Part shown: positions 18,622-28,066 of the stretch, piece by piece
Layout of the letters: each line of letters begins with the position of its first letter
Numbering within the stretch: the first letter of the stretch is position 1
Made by a program: the position numbers and the translations under genes
Assembly: GCA_017889725.1 (NCBI GenBank)
Contig: JAGGAE010000015.1
Location: 2,753 to 66,752 of the forward strand
Length of the DNA: 64,000 nucleotides
Direction of reading: 5' to 3'
From: Bacillota bacterium
GTDB lineage: Bacteria > Bacillota > Negativicutes > Sporomusales > CTSoil-080
Notes under the pieces: generated by a model
Seen by the model: only the letters and a program-made list of their open reading frames with translations
What the model was told of the DNA's origin: nothing
The model's database searches: none

Positions 18622-19557
18622 TTATTCTTTGGGTCGATTAAACTCTTCTCGTACAAGATATAACGGCCGCTGTTTAACCTCTTCAAAAATTCGTCCCACA
18701 TATTCCCCGATGATCCCGATAAAGAGTAGCTGCAGTCCGCCTAAAAATAATATACTGGCGGTAATTGTCGCCCAGCCGGGCACGGCTTCGTCGGTAAAAA
18801 TCTTTATATACATAACATGCATGGTTAAGGCAAAGCTAGCCGCGGCGAAAAGCAAGCCAACATAAAACGATATGCGAAGCGGCATTTTTGAGTAAGCGGT
18901 AATGCCATCAAGCGCAAAATGCAGCATTTTTTTCACCGAGAATTTGGAGCTTCCCGCAAAACGCTTGGGGGCTACAAATTCCATTTTTACCTGCCGGTAG
19001 CCAATGGCGCCAATCATGCCGCGAATAAACCTAGCCCGTTCCCGAAAGCGCCGGAAACTAAGGACGACTTTCCTATCCAACAGTCGAAAATCCGAACCGC
19101 CCTCTTGCACCTGCACATTGGACATGGCATTCATGATCCGATAAAACAGGCTGGAAGTAAAATTTTTCAACCAGGAAACTCCTTCGGTGGTTTTCCGTAT
19201 GGTTTGTACTACTTCAATGCCTTCCTCCCATTTGGCAATCAGTTGTGGCAACATTTCCGGCGGGTGCTGCATATCGCCATCCATAGTAACGACACAATCG
19301 CCTTCTGCATGATCCATTCCGCAACTCAAAGCAGTCTGATGTCCAAAATTTCTGGCCAAGATCAGCCCTCGCACCCTGGAATCCTTGGCCGCCAGCCGTT
19401 CGATAATCAAAGGCGTCGCGTCTTTAGATCCGTCATCCACAAAAACTAGTTCGAAGTGATACGTCAGCGGCTCCATATATTTCAGCACTTCTTGATAAAA
19501 CACTTCCATATTTTCTTGTTCATTATACACAGGAACCACTATGGAAACCAATTTCAA
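18622..19557 (-). CDS. GT2 polyprenyl-phosphate glycosyltransferase (GtrB/YkcC-like)
   Basis: SIVVPVYNE, VDDGSKD, RNFGHQ, MDGDMQHPPE, two C-terminal TM; TTG start after AGGAGG. Confidence 0.88.
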   Translation of the reverse strand: MKLVSIVVPVYNEQENMEVFYQEVLKYMEPLTYHFELVFVDDGSKDATPLIIERLAAKDSRVRGLILARNFGHQTALSCGMDHAEGDCVVTMDGDMQHPPEMLPQLIAKWEEGIEVVQTIRKTTEGVSWLKNFTSSLFYRIMNAMSNVQVQEGGSDFRLLDRKVVLSFRRFRERARFIRGMIGAIGYRQVKMEFVAPKRFAGSSKFSVKKMLHFALDGITAYSKMPLRISFYVGLLFAAASFALTMHVMYIKIFTDEAVPGWATITASILFLGGLQLLFIGIIGEYVGRIFEEVKQRPLYLVREEFNRPKE

Positions 19558-19724
19558 GTAAAATCCTCCTTTTTCCCCATTCCCGGTAATTGGGCTGTTT
19601 TGCACCAATCTCTGGGCATAAAAAAGTAAGGGATGAACCTAGCTTTCCCGAAATACTATCCCTCTACAACCCACATTATTAATATGGTCTAAAAAATCTA
19701 CTCATGTACTCCAAAATGCCGGTT

Positions 19725-20096
19725 TTACTCGGTAATAGAAGGAATATCTGTCCGCAAGGTACGTGCGCCGCGTAAATATATATGACGTATTTCTTTTGCC
19801 ATCCGCTCCGTATTCCACAACAAAAGAACCCTGACGCATAACGGCAGCCCCTGCTGATGATCGATTTCCTGCGTCCCAAATAACGGCACTTCCGCCCACC
19901 CGATGGCTCTCGCCGCCGCAGCCGGGAAACCCGCATTCAAATCCGGAGTTGAGCTAAATATAACGGCCGCAATATCTTCTAAATCAAACTGATTTGCTTC
20001 TTGCAATGCGGTTAAAAGTTCAATGACTCTTTCTGTAATTTCTTTCGGTTCATTATCATCAACTGTTATTGCCCCCCGGACACCGCGCACCAACAT
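19725..20096 (-). CDS. aroH: Chorismate mutase, AroH class
   Basis: VRGVRGAITV, DLNAGFPAAAAR, HIYLRGARTLRTD. Confidence 0.92.
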   Translation of the reverse strand: MLVRGVRGAITVDDNEPKEITERVIELLTALQEANQFDLEDIAAVIFSSTPDLNAGFPAAAARAIGWAEVPLFGTQEIDHQQGLPLCVRVLLLWNTERMAKEIRHIYLRGARTLRTDIPSITE

Positions 20097-20199
20097 CTAC
20101 CACCTCTTTTTGCCATAATATAATATAATTCGCTAACCAATCGTATTTTCCTCTTTAAAAGCAAAAAACCCGGAATAATCCGAGCTTTTTGCTATCTAA

Positions 20200-20358
20200 C
20201 TATTTTGCTTCAAAGGTATGGCAATTGGTCTGCTGGCTGGCCCGTGCACTCTCACCGCCGCCGTCGACATTGACTTCAATAGCGGAAGCCGAACATAAGC
20301 GTTTTTCGTTATTATACTTACAGTTAGCTACTGTGCATTTTACACCGGATAAAGACAT
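20200..20358 (-). CDS. 52-aa Cys-containing DUF1540-like protein (not in ORF track)
   Basis: MSLSGVKCTVANCKYNNEKRLCSASAIEV...TNCHTFEAK*; GGAGGTG RBS. Confidence 0.85.
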   Translation of the reverse strand: MSLSGVKCTVANCKYNNEKRLCSASAIEVNVDGGGESARASQQTNCHTFEAK

Positions 20359-20383
20359 ACTATCACCTCCTCATTCGCGGTTC

Positions 20384-20413
20384 TAGTATACCGACTCCGG
20401 CGCACTTTTATAC
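20384..20413 (-). promoter_or_regulatory. Forespore (sigmaF/sigmaG-type) promoter
   Basis: GTATA-N16-GGTATACTA upstream of the DUF1540-like gene. Confidence 0.55.
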
Positions 20414-20430
20414 AAGACAGTACTCTTTTT

Positions 20431-21000
20431 TCAATCAGGCAAACCCAGGCGCTTACGCGAAAATCCGCTGTAGACAGCCCCCAGGGGATTATGAGCCAAC
20501 ACACGGTCTTTTACCGCCAACGCGGAAACGGGCGCCTCGGAATGTAGTCCAAATATCATATCATGTCCTACACAGAGGCCAACGGTAAAGTTTATTTCGG
20601 TAGCCACCTCATTAAGCATTTTTGCCTGAATGGCGGGGTTGCACATAATCTCAGCCTTTCTATTTTTATAATGTTCCGGATTAAACTGCTGTTTGCCAAC
20701 ACCGCATATTTTACAGCATACCGAATGTACGGTGAAATACTTTTGAAAGTATGCAGTAATATCTTGGGCTTCGTCGCCCAACCCCATACAGAAGGCAATA
20801 CCTATGTTTGTACACCCCATAGCCTGAACAAACCTGGCACTTTCTTCTAACCGCGTCAGTGGTTCCCCGTCCGCTTGGGCGGCAGCAAGGATAATTTTTT
20901 TGTCTTGCTCCGTATAGGAAGCTTGCACTTGTTCAAAAGTATGTTTGCCGCAATTCTGACCTGTACGGCAGTTCTTTTCCTGACAGCCTGCGCATTGCAT
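20431..21000 (-). CDS. DUF1847-like Cys-rich metal-binding protein
   Basis: TRLEE, IGIAFCMGL, SVCCKICG, MCNPAIQA, GLCVGHD, KDRVLAHNP. Confidence 0.8.
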   Translation of the reverse strand: MQCAGCQEKNCRTGQNCGKHTFEQVQASYTEQDKKIILAAAQADGEPLTRLEESARFVQAMGCTNIGIAFCMGLGDEAQDITAYFQKYFTVHSVCCKICGVGKQQFNPEHYKNRKAEIMCNPAIQAKMLNEVATEINFTVGLCVGHDMIFGLHSEAPVSALAVKDRVLAHNPLGAVYSGFSRKRLGLPD

Positions 21001-21226
21001 GTAAATCCCCTCCAAACTAAAAATTGCCTTTCATGTAAATGCCCAATATGAGAAACTACTCAGTGTCGTCCGATTCGGCATTCTTTATATGTCCACCCAT
21101 AAACATCTTAATAGGAATATATTTCATTTTGAACTATAGTATTTCCTCTTTCTTTTGCACATAGTGTGTAAATATACCATTATAGCAACACTCAAAACAG
21201 GAACCCGGAGCTCTGGGTTCCTGTCC

Positions 21227-21613
21227 TTATAGTTGTACAAGTAAATTTTTCAGTTTTTCTTGACCGGCTTCCATATCTTCCGGCTGAGCGGCCGCCAACA
21301 TAGGATAATAAGCAATTTCAATGGTCTCTAGGAGCGGTTTGGTCAAGGTCTGGTCGTAAAAGACACCGTACCATACACCGCTGATTTCACTTTCGAGCCA
21401 TTCGACCGGCTCCTCGCTGTTCTCAATTTTGATACGTACACCGCCTTGCCCCAAAAGATCACGTATGGTTTGTCGCTCATATTCCGTCAGAGCCATTTTA
21501 TCAATGAAAATAGTCCAGGTATCCCCCGTTGCTATAAGGTTATCCAATGCCGTACGAATTTCTTCCAGCACAGCTTTGGCTTTTTGAGGTATAGCTTCTT
21601 CTTGTTCAGGCAT
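21227..21613 (-). CDS. Hydrogenase expression/formation protein (HupH/HyaF C-terminal-like)
   Basis: LLGQGGV..ESEISGVW..LETIEI..P..AAAQPED; last gene of the hydrogenase operon. Confidence 0.7.
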   Translation of the reverse strand: MPEQEEAIPQKAKAVLEEIRTALDNLIATGDTWTIFIDKMALTEYERQTIRDLLGQGGVRIKIENSEEPVEWLESEISGVWYGVFYDQTLTKPLLETIEIAYYPMLAAAQPEDMEAGQEKLKNLLVQL

Positions 21614-22088
21614 ATTCCGCTACCTCCACCTGCCACTCATTAAGTTCTTTTAGCACAGCCTGAACAACGAACTCTATCATATCCGCCGCCACCGGTGTCA
21701 TGGTAAGACCTAGTTCCAGCGACTCCGGTTCAATACCCATTACCACTACTTTGTCCGGGACCTCGCCCTGCATCTCCAGCACCGCCAGTACATCTTTTAT
21801 ACCCAGCTCATGCAATGAGACTTTCTCCTTGAAATACACCTGAACTTCTTTCCCTCTAAAACGGTAAAAGGTTCCCGGCTGCCCACCGCCGCTAATGGCG
21901 TCAACAATAAGAAGCCGCCGCACTCCGGTGATAAACCCGAGAAGCTCAAACCCCAGCGTCCCCCCGTCCAGTACATCTACGTCATCCGGAAAAGAATAGC
22001 GGCTAAGCAGTTCTTCAATAACCCTTACGCCAAAGCCTTCATCCTGTAATAGAATGTTTCCGATCCCTAACACTACTGTCTTTGCCAT
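21606..22088 (-). CDS. hyaD: Hydrogenase maturation protease (HyaD/HybD)
   Basis: VLGIGNILLQDEGFG, DGGTLG, IVDA, SLHELG. Confidence 0.9.
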   Translation of the reverse strand: MAKTVVLGIGNILLQDEGFGVRVIEELLSRYSFPDDVDVLDGGTLGFELLGFITGVRRLLIVDAISGGGQPGTFYRFRGKEVQVYFKEKVSLHELGIKDVLAVLEMQGEVPDKVVVMGIEPESLELGLTMTPVAADMIEFVVQAVLKELNEWQVEVAEYA

Positions 22089-22791
22089 CCGTTATATCTC
22101 CTATATCCACAGGTTCATGAGGCAAAAATTTCACCCCGGAAAACATGCTGGAAATTTCGCCTTCCCTGTCCATAAAATCAGCCCTTGCCGCCATATATAC
22201 ATGGACAATGGCGAACAGTATAATCAGCCAAGCCACATAATGGTGGATGATGTGCACGGTATATTCATCCCCCAGCAGTTGATTGACAGGCCCGTATATT
22301 TTTGCCCCCCAACTATTGGGCTTAATCATGGTATACATAGCAAAACCAGTAATGATTTCAATGAATACCATGAAATACAAGGCGACGTACGAGGCGCGTG
22401 CTAAGGGATTGCGCAGACAAGGTTTATGAGACGATTTGATAAAGGTATAGTGCAAAAAAACATCAAGCAAATCTTCATAATACTGTTTTTTCCAGAAATG
22501 TGGAAACAGACGGTCTCCTTTATTACGCCAAAATCCATACGCACGTAAAATAAAGGAAACGGTAAAAATATAAGCGGCAGCAAAATGGATGAAGCGCATG
22601 ATTTCCATAGACAGCCTGCCAGTAACCGCATAGGTGGGTTCCAAGCCCTGCGAACCGATAAAAAACGGGTCTCCAATATACAATCCGGTAGTAAACAATG
22701 TGACAATGCTCAGTACCATCAGCCAATGGAATATCCGCAGAAACGGACTGAATACGTAATACTGTTTTGAATGGCCGCGTTCCATTGCCAT
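22039..22791 (-). CDS. hyaC: NiFe hydrogenase cytochrome b subunit
   Basis: RIFHW, RFIHF, RNPLA, IIHH..IVHVY haem ligands; 4 TM. Confidence 0.9.
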   Translation of the reverse strand: MAMERGHSKQYYVFSPFLRIFHWLMVLSIVTLFTTGLYIGDPFFIGSQGLEPTYAVTGRLSMEIMRFIHFAAAYIFTVSFILRAYGFWRNKGDRLFPHFWKKQYYEDLLDVFLHYTFIKSSHKPCLRNPLARASYVALYFMVFIEIITGFAMYTMIKPNSWGAKIYGPVNQLLGDEYTVHIIHHYVAWLIILFAIVHVYMAARADFMDREGEISSMFSGVKFLPHEPVDIGDITDGKDSSVRDRKHSITG

Positions 22792-22796
22792 CCCTC

Positions 22797-24692
22797 CTAT
22801 TTCTTCCCGTAAGGATCGGAATGTACTACCCCAATCGGCTTACCCGCAGTATCATACAGGTGGGTCGAGCAAGCTAGACAAGGATCGAACGAGCGCACGG
22901 CTTTCAAGATTTCCAGCGGTTTATCGGCTACTTTTACTTTGGTATCGATCATACAAGCTTCATACGCGCCATGCACCCCTTGACTATCCCTTGGACAAGC
23001 GTTCCACGTCGTCGGTACTACAGCCTGATAGTTAGCAGCCTTTCCGTCCTTGATAACAATCCAGTGACTGAGCGCACCGCGTGGTGCTTCCGTCAAACCC
23101 ACTCCGCGCGCTTGCTCCGGCCAGGTTTTCGGGTCCCATTTTTCCGTGTTGGCTGTCGAAGTATCACCGGAACGAATATTTTTAATAAGTTTGTCAAAGA
23201 AATATTTACTTATGTAAGCATTAAGCTGCGTTTCCAGTGCCCGGGCCGCCGTGCGCCCTACGGTAGTAGGCAACCATACCTCCGGCGGTACACTTAGCAC
23301 TTTGGATACGGCCTCAATCTGGTCAACCACCATTTTTTCCACCCATGTAGGTTGAATAACTCCTTTTTTCACCTTGGTATATACAATAATATATCTGGCT
23401 AAAGGGCCGACCTCGGCTGTTTTACCTTTCCATTTCGGAGTTTTAAGCCAGGAATACTTAGCGTTTTCGTCAAGATATTTCCACTGCGTTTTAGTTCCTT
23501 CTTTTGGTCCGGTAAACTGCGGCTCTGTATCCCCTTCCCAAGGATGAAGGTCCTTGCCTTTCTCAGGATAACTATACCAGGAGTGATCCACCCCTTCAGC
23601 CAAAACTGCCGGATCAGTTATATCCTGGGCAGAAAGCTCATGATACACAGCTTTGTCCAGACCTTGGCCGAAGTTTTCCACTACTCCATCACAGCGGAGC
23701 AACAGTTTTTTATGATACTCTCCGTTAGCGATTCCCGAGTATGGTTCATCCGGAAAATCCCCAAAGCCCAGCACCCGTTCCTTAGCCAAACCGCCGCCAT
23801 CGACATAGCCTTTTTTTACATAAAGCTCACCTATAGCTAATACATCAGGCACATAAAAGGAGTTCACCATATCAATGGTCGCATTGATCGAGGCATCCAC
23901 TGCAGCAAGCCGTTCCGTATTAATCGGTGCATTCATATCATTCATAGATATGGCACAGGGCATTCCACCAACTATAAAGTGCGGATGCGGATTTTTGCCA
24001 CCGAAGATTACGTGCGGCACAACAATGTCTCTCTGGCGGTCCAACATGTTAAGATAGTGGGCTACCGCTAAGAGATGCACTTCCGGCGGCAACACCTCGT
24101 AATCGGGATGATCCCACCACTGGGCGGAAAAAATCCCTAGTTGACCATTTTCCACGATTTTTTTTATTTTATCCTGCACTGTTTTATAATACGCCGTGGT
24201 CGCTTTAGGGAATTCTTTGGGATACGCGTTAAAATTAAAGTCCATCGGCCCGGCAAGCGGCAGACTGTATTTATCTAAAACGGCATTTTGGAGGTCACCG
24301 GTAGCTTTCGGATCAGCCTTAAGTGCCGCTACCGGACTTACCCAGTCCAGCGCATGCAAATGATAAAAGTGAACCAGATGGTCATGCACATTTTGGCAAG
24401 ACAACATGATATTGCGAATAGAGTTGGCGTTCTTAGGTATTTCAATTCCCAGTGCATCTTCCACCGCCCTAAGTGAGGATATGGCATGCATGCCTGTGCA
24501 AACGCCGCAAATGCGCTGGACAAACGCCCATATATCACGGGGGTCGCGGTCTTTAACCACAACTTCAAGCCCGCGCCAGGCCGTACCGCTGGATAGGGCA
24601 TCTTCCACCTTGCCGGTCGCTTCATCAAGTTTTATTTCTACCCGCAAATGCCCTTCTATGCGGGTGACAGGATCAACAACTACTCGTTTCAT
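22797..24692 (-). CDS. hyaB: Group 1 NiFe uptake hydrogenase large subunit
   Basis: DPVTRIEGH, L1 QRICGVC, L2 SFDPCLACSTH plus cleavable tail. Confidence 0.95.
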   Translation of the reverse strand: MKRVVVDPVTRIEGHLRVEIKLDEATGKVEDALSSGTAWRGLEVVVKDRDPRDIWAFVQRICGVCTGMHAISSLRAVEDALGIEIPKNANSIRNIMLSCQNVHDHLVHFYHLHALDWVSPVAALKADPKATGDLQNAVLDKYSLPLAGPMDFNFNAYPKEFPKATTAYYKTVQDKIKKIVENGQLGIFSAQWWDHPDYEVLPPEVHLLAVAHYLNMLDRQRDIVVPHVIFGGKNPHPHFIVGGMPCAISMNDMNAPINTERLAAVDASINATIDMVNSFYVPDVLAIGELYVKKGYVDGGGLAKERVLGFGDFPDEPYSGIANGEYHKKLLLRCDGVVENFGQGLDKAVYHELSAQDITDPAVLAEGVDHSWYSYPEKGKDLHPWEGDTEPQFTGPKEGTKTQWKYLDENAKYSWLKTPKWKGKTAEVGPLARYIIVYTKVKKGVIQPTWVEKMVVDQIEAVSKVLSVPPEVWLPTTVGRTAARALETQLNAYISKYFFDKLIKNIRSGDTSTANTEKWDPKTWPEQARGVGLTEAPRGALSHWIVIKDGKAANYQAVVPTTWNACPRDSQGVHGAYEACMIDTKVKVADKPLEILKAVRSFDPCLACSTHLYDTAGKPIGVVHSDPYGKK

Positions 24693-25789
24693 GCCTTCGG
24701 CCCCCCTACCTCTTCATGCTCCCCAGATCTGCGCTTGGATTTCTGAAGAACCGATAATGCGCCATGAGCCGCCACCCCCGCTACCGCGGCACCGCCAACG
24801 ACCAGACCAATTGTGTCCGCGTTAGTAATGGTTTTTGCCACAGGAATACCAGGCATACGGTCATAAAAGTGATCATTATCCCAAAAACCATTGCTACTGC
24901 AACCGATACACCCATGTCCTGATTGAATGGGATACGACAAACCATTCCACCAGCGGAGATTGCCGCACGAATTGTAAGTTTCCGGGCCTCGGCAGCCTAA
25001 TTTATACAAGCACCAGCCTGCCTTAGAACCCGCATCATCAAACTGTTCGGCGAACATTCCCGAGTTAAAGAACGGACGGCGATAGCAAGTATCATGTATC
25101 CGATTCCCATAAAATTGTTTGGGCCGGCCTTGGCTGTCAACAGGAGGCAATTGCCCAAACATAGCGTAATGCATGACAACCCCTGTCAGTACTTCAGGTA
25201 TCGGAGGACAACCGGGAATTTTTATAATAGGTTTACCACTAACCACCGTATGGACCGCTACCGTATTTGTCGGGTTTGGTTTTGCCGCCTGTACTCCGCC
25301 CCATGCGGCACAAGATCCGATTTCCAAAACAGCAGCCGCACCCCGGGCTGCTTCCTTTAACGCGGCCACAAACGGCTTACCGCCAACCATGCAGAAGGTT
25401 CCTTCATTTCCGGTTGAAACCCCGCCTTCAACCGCCAAAAGATATTTTCCCTCATACCTTTTCATTACTTCTTCCAGGTGGTGTTCAAAAGGTTCTCCCG
25501 CCGCCGCGGATAAAGTATCGCTGTATTCCAGCGATATCATGTTCAAAAGTACGTCCGAAGCCAGCGGAGACTGGGAACGAATAAAGGATTCGTCACAACC
25601 TGTGCACTCATGGCCATGAAGCCAAACCACAACCGGCAGTGGGTTTTGCTCCGCAGCAGAAACCACCTTCGGCAGCATAGCCGGAGATAGTCCTAATATA
25701 CCGGTAATCGTCATACATACTTTTAAAAAAGACCGGCGGCTAAGGCCCCTCTGCTGAAAGAGCCCCCATAATGAGTCTTTACCATCCAT
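24689..25789 (-). CDS. hyaA: NiFe hydrogenase small subunit with Tat signal and C-terminal anchor
   Basis: SRRSFLK, HECTGC, IPGCPP, IHDTCYRR, CLYKLGCRGP, HGCIGC. Confidence 0.95.
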   Translation of the reverse strand: MDGKDSLWGLFQQRGLSRRSFLKVCMTITGILGLSPAMLPKVVSAAEQNPLPVVVWLHGHECTGCDESFIRSQSPLASDVLLNMISLEYSDTLSAAAGEPFEHHLEEVMKRYEGKYLLAVEGGVSTGNEGTFCMVGGKPFVAALKEAARGAAAVLEIGSCAAWGGVQAAKPNPTNTVAVHTVVSGKPIIKIPGCPPIPEVLTGVVMHYAMFGQLPPVDSQGRPKQFYGNRIHDTCYRRPFFNSGMFAEQFDDAGSKAGWCLYKLGCRGPETYNSCGNLRWWNGLSYPIQSGHGCIGCSSNGFWDNDHFYDRMPGIPVAKTITNADTIGLVVGGAAVAGVAAHGALSVLQKSKRRSGEHEEVGGPKA

Positions 25790-25959
25790 TTCTAACTCTC
25801 CCTCCCAACTCAAAGTAAACATACGCCTGATTTACCCGGTCAGTGACTAGCTGTATTCACCTGCCTTAATCCAATTATCAGAATATATAATCATTTATTA
25901 CCACTTCTCTTCGCTTCTCCGTTTTAAAAAACCTTTTTTGGAATCCTAAAGATAGTTAA

Positions 25960-26940
25960 TTATTTACAACTACACCAAGGTTCTTCCGCTAGGAAATCCC
26001 CATCGGCGTAATAGTACGCTCTGGCCCGGCAACCACCACATATGTCATCATAACCACATCTCCCGCAGGCTCCGCTGAGTGGCTGGTAACGAAGCTTGTG
26101 AAACAAGGGGCTATCCTTCCATACCTCGTCAAACCCGGTAAGCCGAACATTTCCGGCTGTAACAGGTAGATACGGGCAGGGCTGCACATCCCCGTTAGGC
26201 AATATGACGCAATAAGAAGTTCCCGCCAAACATCCTTTGGTAAACCGCATAGACATATTTCGTTGTTTTGCCAAACGCATAAACTGGGGTGCACAAGTCG
26301 GCTTGAGTTCTATAGGCACTTGCCTCTGTTTATCCAGAATGCGCTCTAATAACGCTTCGTACTCGGCTGTTTTCAATGTCGTCTCTTCTATATTTTTGCC
26401 ACGTCCGGTAGGCACCAAAAAGAAAATGTGATGAGCAACAGCTCCCAACTCTACCGCGAAATCGGTAATGTCGGTGACTTCCTGCCTATTCCAGGTAAGT
26501 ACGGTGGTATGAATTTGAAAGGCCAAACCTTCCTCCCTGCAAGCTTTAATACCTGCAAGGGTCTTCTCCCAAGCGCCTTGCTGCCCCCGAAACCAGTCAT
26601 GACGGCTCTTATCGCCGCTGTCAAGGCTAATACCCGCACAAGCCAATCCAGCTTGTTTAAGTTTTTGGGCCACCTCCGGGGTTATAAGCATGCCATTGGT
26701 TCCGATAACCGGACGCAAGCCTACACTTTTTGCATGGCTGATAAGCTCATATATATCTGGGCGAAGAAGAGGCTCACCGCCGCTTAAAATCATAATCTTA
26801 AAACCGGCTTTAGCAATCTGACTTAACAACGTCTTGCCTTCTGCCGTAGTTAGTTCATCCGAACGTTTTGTGCCTGCGTCACGGTAACAATGAATACAAT
26901 TAATGTTACAAGCCTGCGTAGTATTCCAGGATATAATCAT
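25960..26940 (-). CDS. ahbD: Radical SAM/SPASM haem synthase AhbD (NirJ2-like)
   Basis: MIISWNTTQACNINCIHCY, FFLVPTGRG, KPTCAPQF, intact SPASM cysteines; start at ATG 26940. Confidence 0.8.
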   Translation of the reverse strand: MIISWNTTQACNINCIHCYRDAGTKRSDELTTAEGKTLLSQIAKAGFKIMILSGGEPLLRPDIYELISHAKSVGLRPVIGTNGMLITPEVAQKLKQAGLACAGISLDSGDKSRHDWFRGQQGAWEKTLAGIKACREEGLAFQIHTTVLTWNRQEVTDITDFAVELGAVAHHIFFLVPTGRGKNIEETTLKTAEYEALLERILDKQRQVPIELKPTCAPQFMRLAKQRNMSMRFTKGCLAGTSYCVILPNGDVQPCPYLPVTAGNVRLTGFDEVWKDSPLFHKLRYQPLSGACGRCGYDDICGGCRARAYYYADGDFLAEEPWCSCK

Positions 26941-27973
26941 TGGATTTACTCCTTCCAATAAATTCATCCTGCGTCTTTTGCCAGATATCACTGAATAATT
27001 GTTCCCTGACATTTCCCAGTGTTTTATGTCCCCAAAACTGACAAGCATGCACATTGCCCAATGGATCGACATTCGCCATTTTCTCGCCGGCCGAACAGCC
27101 GCCATGCATTGTCAGCAAAGCTTCAATTTCAGGTACCCGCTCAGGCTGTTTGCGTTCAAAGTACTGCAAAATATATATTCCGTCAGCATGATTATCCGTG
27201 GTTAGTATTTCTACTTCCACACCCCGTTTGTTAAAATCCAGCGTTTTATCAATTAGCAACTCAATAATTTGACGTTTCTCTTCTGGGCTGGTATCCAGTT
27301 CAGCCATATTCTTTCCCCGCCCGGCGTAAACCAGGTGGTACATACAAAACCTTGGTATTTTTTCCTGTTCTACAATATCTAGTATGGCCGGTAAGTCGTG
27401 CTGATTTTGTTTATTGACAGTAAACCGTATTCCCGTCTTATTCCCCGCCACCATCGAATTGCGAATGCCTTCCATTGCTGCCTGAAAGCTGCCTTTTTGC
27501 CCTCGGAATCGATCATGAACCTTTTCGGTTCCATCTAAACTCACGCCTACATATTGGAACCCGGTCGCTTTTATCTGTTGAGCCATGCCCGGTGTTATGA
27601 GCGTGCCATTCGTGGAAAGTACCGGCCGTATCCCCTTTGCACACGCATAAGCGCCGAGTTCGAATACATCGGGCCGCATTAAAGGCTCCCCACCGGAAAA
27701 CAGCAGTACCGGCACATGCATCCGTGCTAGATTATCAATAAAAGCTTTTGCTTCCTGGGTTGTCAATTCACCGTTATACACGCGGTCTTCCGCTTCAATA
27801 TAGCAGTGCTGACAGGTAAGATTGCAGCGATTGGTAATATTCCAAACAACAATCGGCGTGGCATCAGACGAAAACTGCAGCATATTCGGCGGTAGCGTCC
27901 GCGAATTCCTCCCATACTTAACAAGATCAGAAACTGTGGCCGTTCCGCAAAGTAATTTAGTGCATCCTATCAC
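26906..27973 (-). CDS. ahbC: Radical SAM Fe-coproporphyrin synthase AhbC (NirJ1-like), C-terminal SPASM part apparently deleted
   Basis: MIGCTKLLCG, WNITNRCNLTCQHCY, YHLVYAGRG, TTDNHADG, CSAG, HACQFW; distal CxxC..C..C missing. Confidence 0.8.
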   Translation of the reverse strand: MIGCTKLLCGTATVSDLVKYGRNSRTLPPNMLQFSSDATPIVVWNITNRCNLTCQHCYIEAEDRVYNGELTTQEAKAFIDNLARMHVPVLLFSGGEPLMRPDVFELGAYACAKGIRPVLSTNGTLITPGMAQQIKATGFQYVGVSLDGTEKVHDRFRGQKGSFQAAMEGIRNSMVAGNKTGIRFTVNKQNQHDLPAILDIVEQEKIPRFCMYHLVYAGRGKNMAELDTSPEEKRQIIELLIDKTLDFNKRGVEVEILTTDNHADGIYILQYFERKQPERVPEIEALLTMHGGCSAGEKMANVDPLGNVHACQFWGHKTLGNVREQLFSDIWQKTQDEFIGRSKSNDYILEYYAGL

Positions 27974-28066
27974 GCGATAACCCCCAAATAATTCTCTTTA
28001 TGTGCAAACTGAAATATTTGCAACATTTACCGACTCTTAAGAAAACATTCCATACAAACCGGCTGG

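Noticed and set aside
22797-22900. Selenocysteine (NiFeSe) hydrogenase or stop-codon readthrough
   Set aside because: The L2 motif is DPCLAC with ordinary Cys codons; the truncated genes are explained by frame changes or deletions, not in-frame TGA/TAG
26941-27105. N-terminal extension of AhbD in the ORF track
   Set aside because: Overlaps ahbC out of frame; the family start MIISWNTT at 26940 has a good RBS
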